Shown in pieces: positions 61,907 through 64,000 of a stretch of DNA of 64,000 bases; positions within the stretch are counted from its first letter, which is position 1; the number at the start of each line of letters is the position of its first letter. The notes below the pieces were generated by a model. The model did not search any database. It was not told where the DNA came from and saw only the letters and a program-made list of their open reading frames with translations. The stretch spans positions 288,001-352,000 of the forward strand of contig CAVZDU010000006.1 in the NCBI GenBank assembly GCA_963774265.1. The letters are read 5' to 3'. The translations under genes were made by a program, and so were the position numbers. This DNA comes from an uncultured Chloroflexia bacterium (GTDB lineage: Bacteria; Chloroflexota; Anaerolineae; CG2-30-64-16).

Positions 61907-62088
61907 GTCTCACCTCCCGCGGCGCTTCGGCCGCGCCCTGAATGTTCCGTCGGGAGCATTATCACACAGAGACCAGCGAATGTGAAGGGATGTGCTGAAT
62001 CCGGTCGTTCTCTCCCGGGGGCAGCTTTGCGGTGACGGCTTCCAGACGGGCGCGCATGGCGGACTGAGGTTGCACAGTCACGCGCTTT

Positions 62089-63529
62089 GTTAGTGTATCG
62101 CTTTCGGTTGGAAGTGTGTGTTGAACTTGCGCATGGCAGGTAGGATGAACTTGCGATCCACCTCCTGTGCGATCATGGCCAAGACGCCAGCATCGGAATG
62201 GTAGGCGTTGGCGCTCCGAATGCGGCGGCGCAGGCAGCGATTGAAGCGTTCGAGCCGGCTGGTTGTGCGGAGAAAGCTGCGGCGCCAGGTGGGATGGCGT
62301 TCTTGCAGGAGGAAGTAAGCCACGGTGGCGCGGAAGTTGCGCCGGAGCGTGGCCACAGCATCGGGTTGGGTGTTGCGATATTTCTGCAGCACCTTGAGGG
62401 CGCGGCGCAAGACGGTGGCACGCTGTTTGGCCTGAAAGATGGCGACGAAATCGCGGTAGATCGCCCGGCGCTGGCGGCGCCGTTCAGCTGCGGGCAAATC
62501 GTCGGCGATGCGAATGGCTTGCCAGATGTTGCGGAGCTTATGGAAGAGGCAGCGTTGCTCGATGGCGTCAAAGTGGATGGTGGTGAGTGCGGCGCATAGA
62601 CCACTGCCGCCATCATGAATGATCAATTCCAGGCCCAGTTCGCCGCGGAAGCCTTGGGCTTCCAGTTCACTGAGAAAGGCGAGCCAGCTTTCGGCATCCT
62701 CGCTGTCGGCCAGCCGCCAGGCCAAGATCTCCTGGCGGCCGGTTTCCGGCCAGACGCCTAACGCAATCAGGAGGCAGCGCTTCCGGCGGCCCTTGACGGC
62801 GCGCTTGCGGCCCTTGCGGTCGGTGCGCCACTGCCCGGTCGCACACAGTTGCGTGAACCAGATGGCATCGAACTGCACGATCGGCGGCGTGGGCCGCTCA
62901 TCGGCGCCCGGGGTGAGCTGCTGGAGTTGGTGTAAGCGCTGGAGCAGGGTGCGTTGGCCCAACACGCCCATATAGCTATGCGCCAGTTCGCCCTGCATCT
63001 CGCGCAGGCTGATACTCAGGGCGCCCCAGCGTTGAATTTGAGCGTCGACATCGCTGCCAATGCGCTGGTAGGGCGCCAGCCAATCATCCAGATCGAGGGT
63101 GATGCTGCCGCCGCACTCACAGACGAAGCGGGGCCAGCGCAGCGGCACTTCGCCCCAGCGGGTCAGCAAATGGCGCGGCCGGCTGCCGTTGCGACTGAAC
63201 TGCTGGCTCTGCACGGTGTGGCACTTGGGGCACGCACGGGTCTGTTCCAGACTGCTGGCCACGTGGCCCCGCCGCACGTAGGGCGCCCGGCCCAAGACGT
63301 ATTCGGCCGCGGCGTACAAACGCTCGCCGATTCCGTGCCCGATTTGGTTGAGCAGGTGGTGATGAGCCTCTGCAATGGCCCCTTCGATCAAAGCATGGCC
63401 GTTGACTTGCCGGCATTCCGGGAGTACGCTGCGCATCGGGGTGGTCTCCTGGCGTGGTATTGATGTTGTAACCTGACCTTACCAGGTTTCCACCCTCAGA
63501 CGAATTTCAACCGATCGGGATACACTACC
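62089..63529 (-). mobile_element. Complete IS256-family insertion sequence (1441 bp) with 8-bp target-site duplication
   Basis: Imperfect terminal IRs GTTAGTGTATCGCTTTCGGTTGGAA (62089) and, reverse-complemented, GGTAGTGTATCCCGATCGGTTGAAA (63529). Flanking direct repeat CGCGCTTT at 62081-62088 and 63530-63537. Confidence 0.9.
62090..63436 (-). CDS. IS256/Mutator-family transposase
   Basis: RNGSRPR.L.T..G, FDAIW, IIHDGGSGL, QRCLFHKLRN and RTTSRLERFNR motifs. Confidence 0.9.
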   Translation of the reverse strand: MRSVLPECRQVNGHALIEGAIAEAHHHLLNQIGHGIGERLYAAAEYVLGRAPYVRRGHVASSLEQTRACPKCHTVQSQQFSRNGSRPRHLLTRWGEVPLRWPRFVCECGGSITLDLDDWLAPYQRIGSDVDAQIQRWGALSISLREMQGELAHSYMGVLGQRTLLQRLHQLQQLTPGADERPTPPIVQFDAIWFTQLCATGQWRTDRKGRKRAVKGRRKRCLLIALGVWPETGRQEILAWRLADSEDAESWLAFLSELEAQGFRGELGLELIIHDGGSGLCAALTTIHFDAIEQRCLFHKLRNIWQAIRIADDLPAAERRRQRRAIYRDFVAIFQAKQRATVLRRALKVLQKYRNTQPDAVATLRRNFRATVAYFLLQERHPTWRRSFLRTTSRLERFNRCLRRRIRSANAYHSDAGVLAMIAQEVDRKFILPAMRKFNTHFQPKAIH

Positions 63530-63544
63530 CGCGCTTTCTGCGCT

Positions 63545-63573
63545 TTGACAGCGCACCCCTCGTTTGCTATACT
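63545..63573 (+). promoter_or_regulatory. Sigma70-type promoter upstream of BMP lipoprotein
   Basis: TTGACA-17 nt-TATACT with extended TG. Confidence 0.8.
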
Positions 63574-63692
63574 GTTCACGAGCACGATCTTCCGACTGCT
63601 TGATGTCTGCTGCGTCTCCCTTCGCCACCACCAGGCTGAATCCACGGTGGAATTCACACTGCTACGAAGTCGGTTTTATCAGGAGGTCAAAA

Positions 63693-64000
63693 GTGTTCAA
63701 ACGCAATTTCCAAAGTCTGCTCTTCATTGTAGTGCTGATCGTCAGCGTCGCTGGGTGCGCTGCGGTGCCCACAGCCGCGCCGGCCGCCCCAACCGCGGCC
63801 GCCCCGATCGCGGCCCCTGCGACCGCGGCCCCCGCAGCCGCGAAGCCTTTCCGCGTCGCGATGGTCCTGCACGGCGCCGTCAACGACAAGAGTTGGAACG
63901 AGGCCGGGTACAACGGCCTGACTCAAATCAAAGAGCAGTTGGGCGCCGAGATTGCTTTCCAGGAGAGGGTGCCGTTGGATAACGCCGAAGAGGCGATGCG
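63693..64000 (+). CDS. BMP-family ABC substrate-binding lipoprotein (partial)
   Basis: AGGAGG RBS, GTG start, lipobox VAGC, AP-rich linker and FRVAMVL.G.VNDKSWNEAGYNGL. Confidence 0.85.
   Translation, partial: MFKRNFQSLLFIVVLIVSVAGCAAVPTAAPAAPTAAAPIAAPATAAPAAAKPFRVAMVLHGAVNDKSWNEAGYNGLTQIKEQLGAEIAFQERVPLDNAEEAM

Noticed and set aside
63574-63690. Possible purine riboswitch in the BMP leader
   Set aside because: There is some pairing potential (CCGACT/AGTCGG), but the purine riboswitch core motifs are not evident.

Overview
GC-rich bacterial DNA that reads like Chloroflexota/Anaerolineae. This is inferred from C-terminal LPLI-type motifs, HisKA_7TM and MalT-like regulators, CIRCE/HrcA, and a Wzx/Wzy locus without Wza. 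Positions 1-30 kb are one co-oriented minus-strand locus. A NarL-type two-component system precedes a Wzx/Wzy polysaccharide cluster (2 initiating phosphoglycosyl transferases, an oxidoreductase/acetyltransferase/aminotransferase trio, Wzz, Wzy, Wzx, 3 glycosyltransferases). This continues through an ATP-grasp ligase, an orphan phosphatidylserine-decarboxylase-like enzyme, a deacetylase, an epimerase and a beta-keto acid cleavage enzyme into a serine-activating C-A-PCP NRPS, two recently duplicated surface proteins and a hybrid-type KS-AT PKS that runs off the left edge. This glycan plus NRPS/PKS locus is the best candidate for an undescribed system. Positions 30-46 kb are mostly housekeeping: pyrD-like, menA, rsmD, GT2, a WcaJ-like transferase, CIRCE-hrcA-grpE-dnaK, a DUF2089/DUF4097/SHOCT-like operon and a ROK kinase. 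Positions 46-64 kb are accessory: an ABC-2 exporter, a UROD-family enzyme, a MalT-like regulator, a tail-less stand-alone FtsZ next to a kinase, LysM, VOC, serine hydrolase, DinB, a complete IS256-family element with an 8-bp target duplication, and the start of a BMP lipoprotein. The many single-base frameshifts, especially at 36.5-41.8 kb, look like long-read assembly errors.
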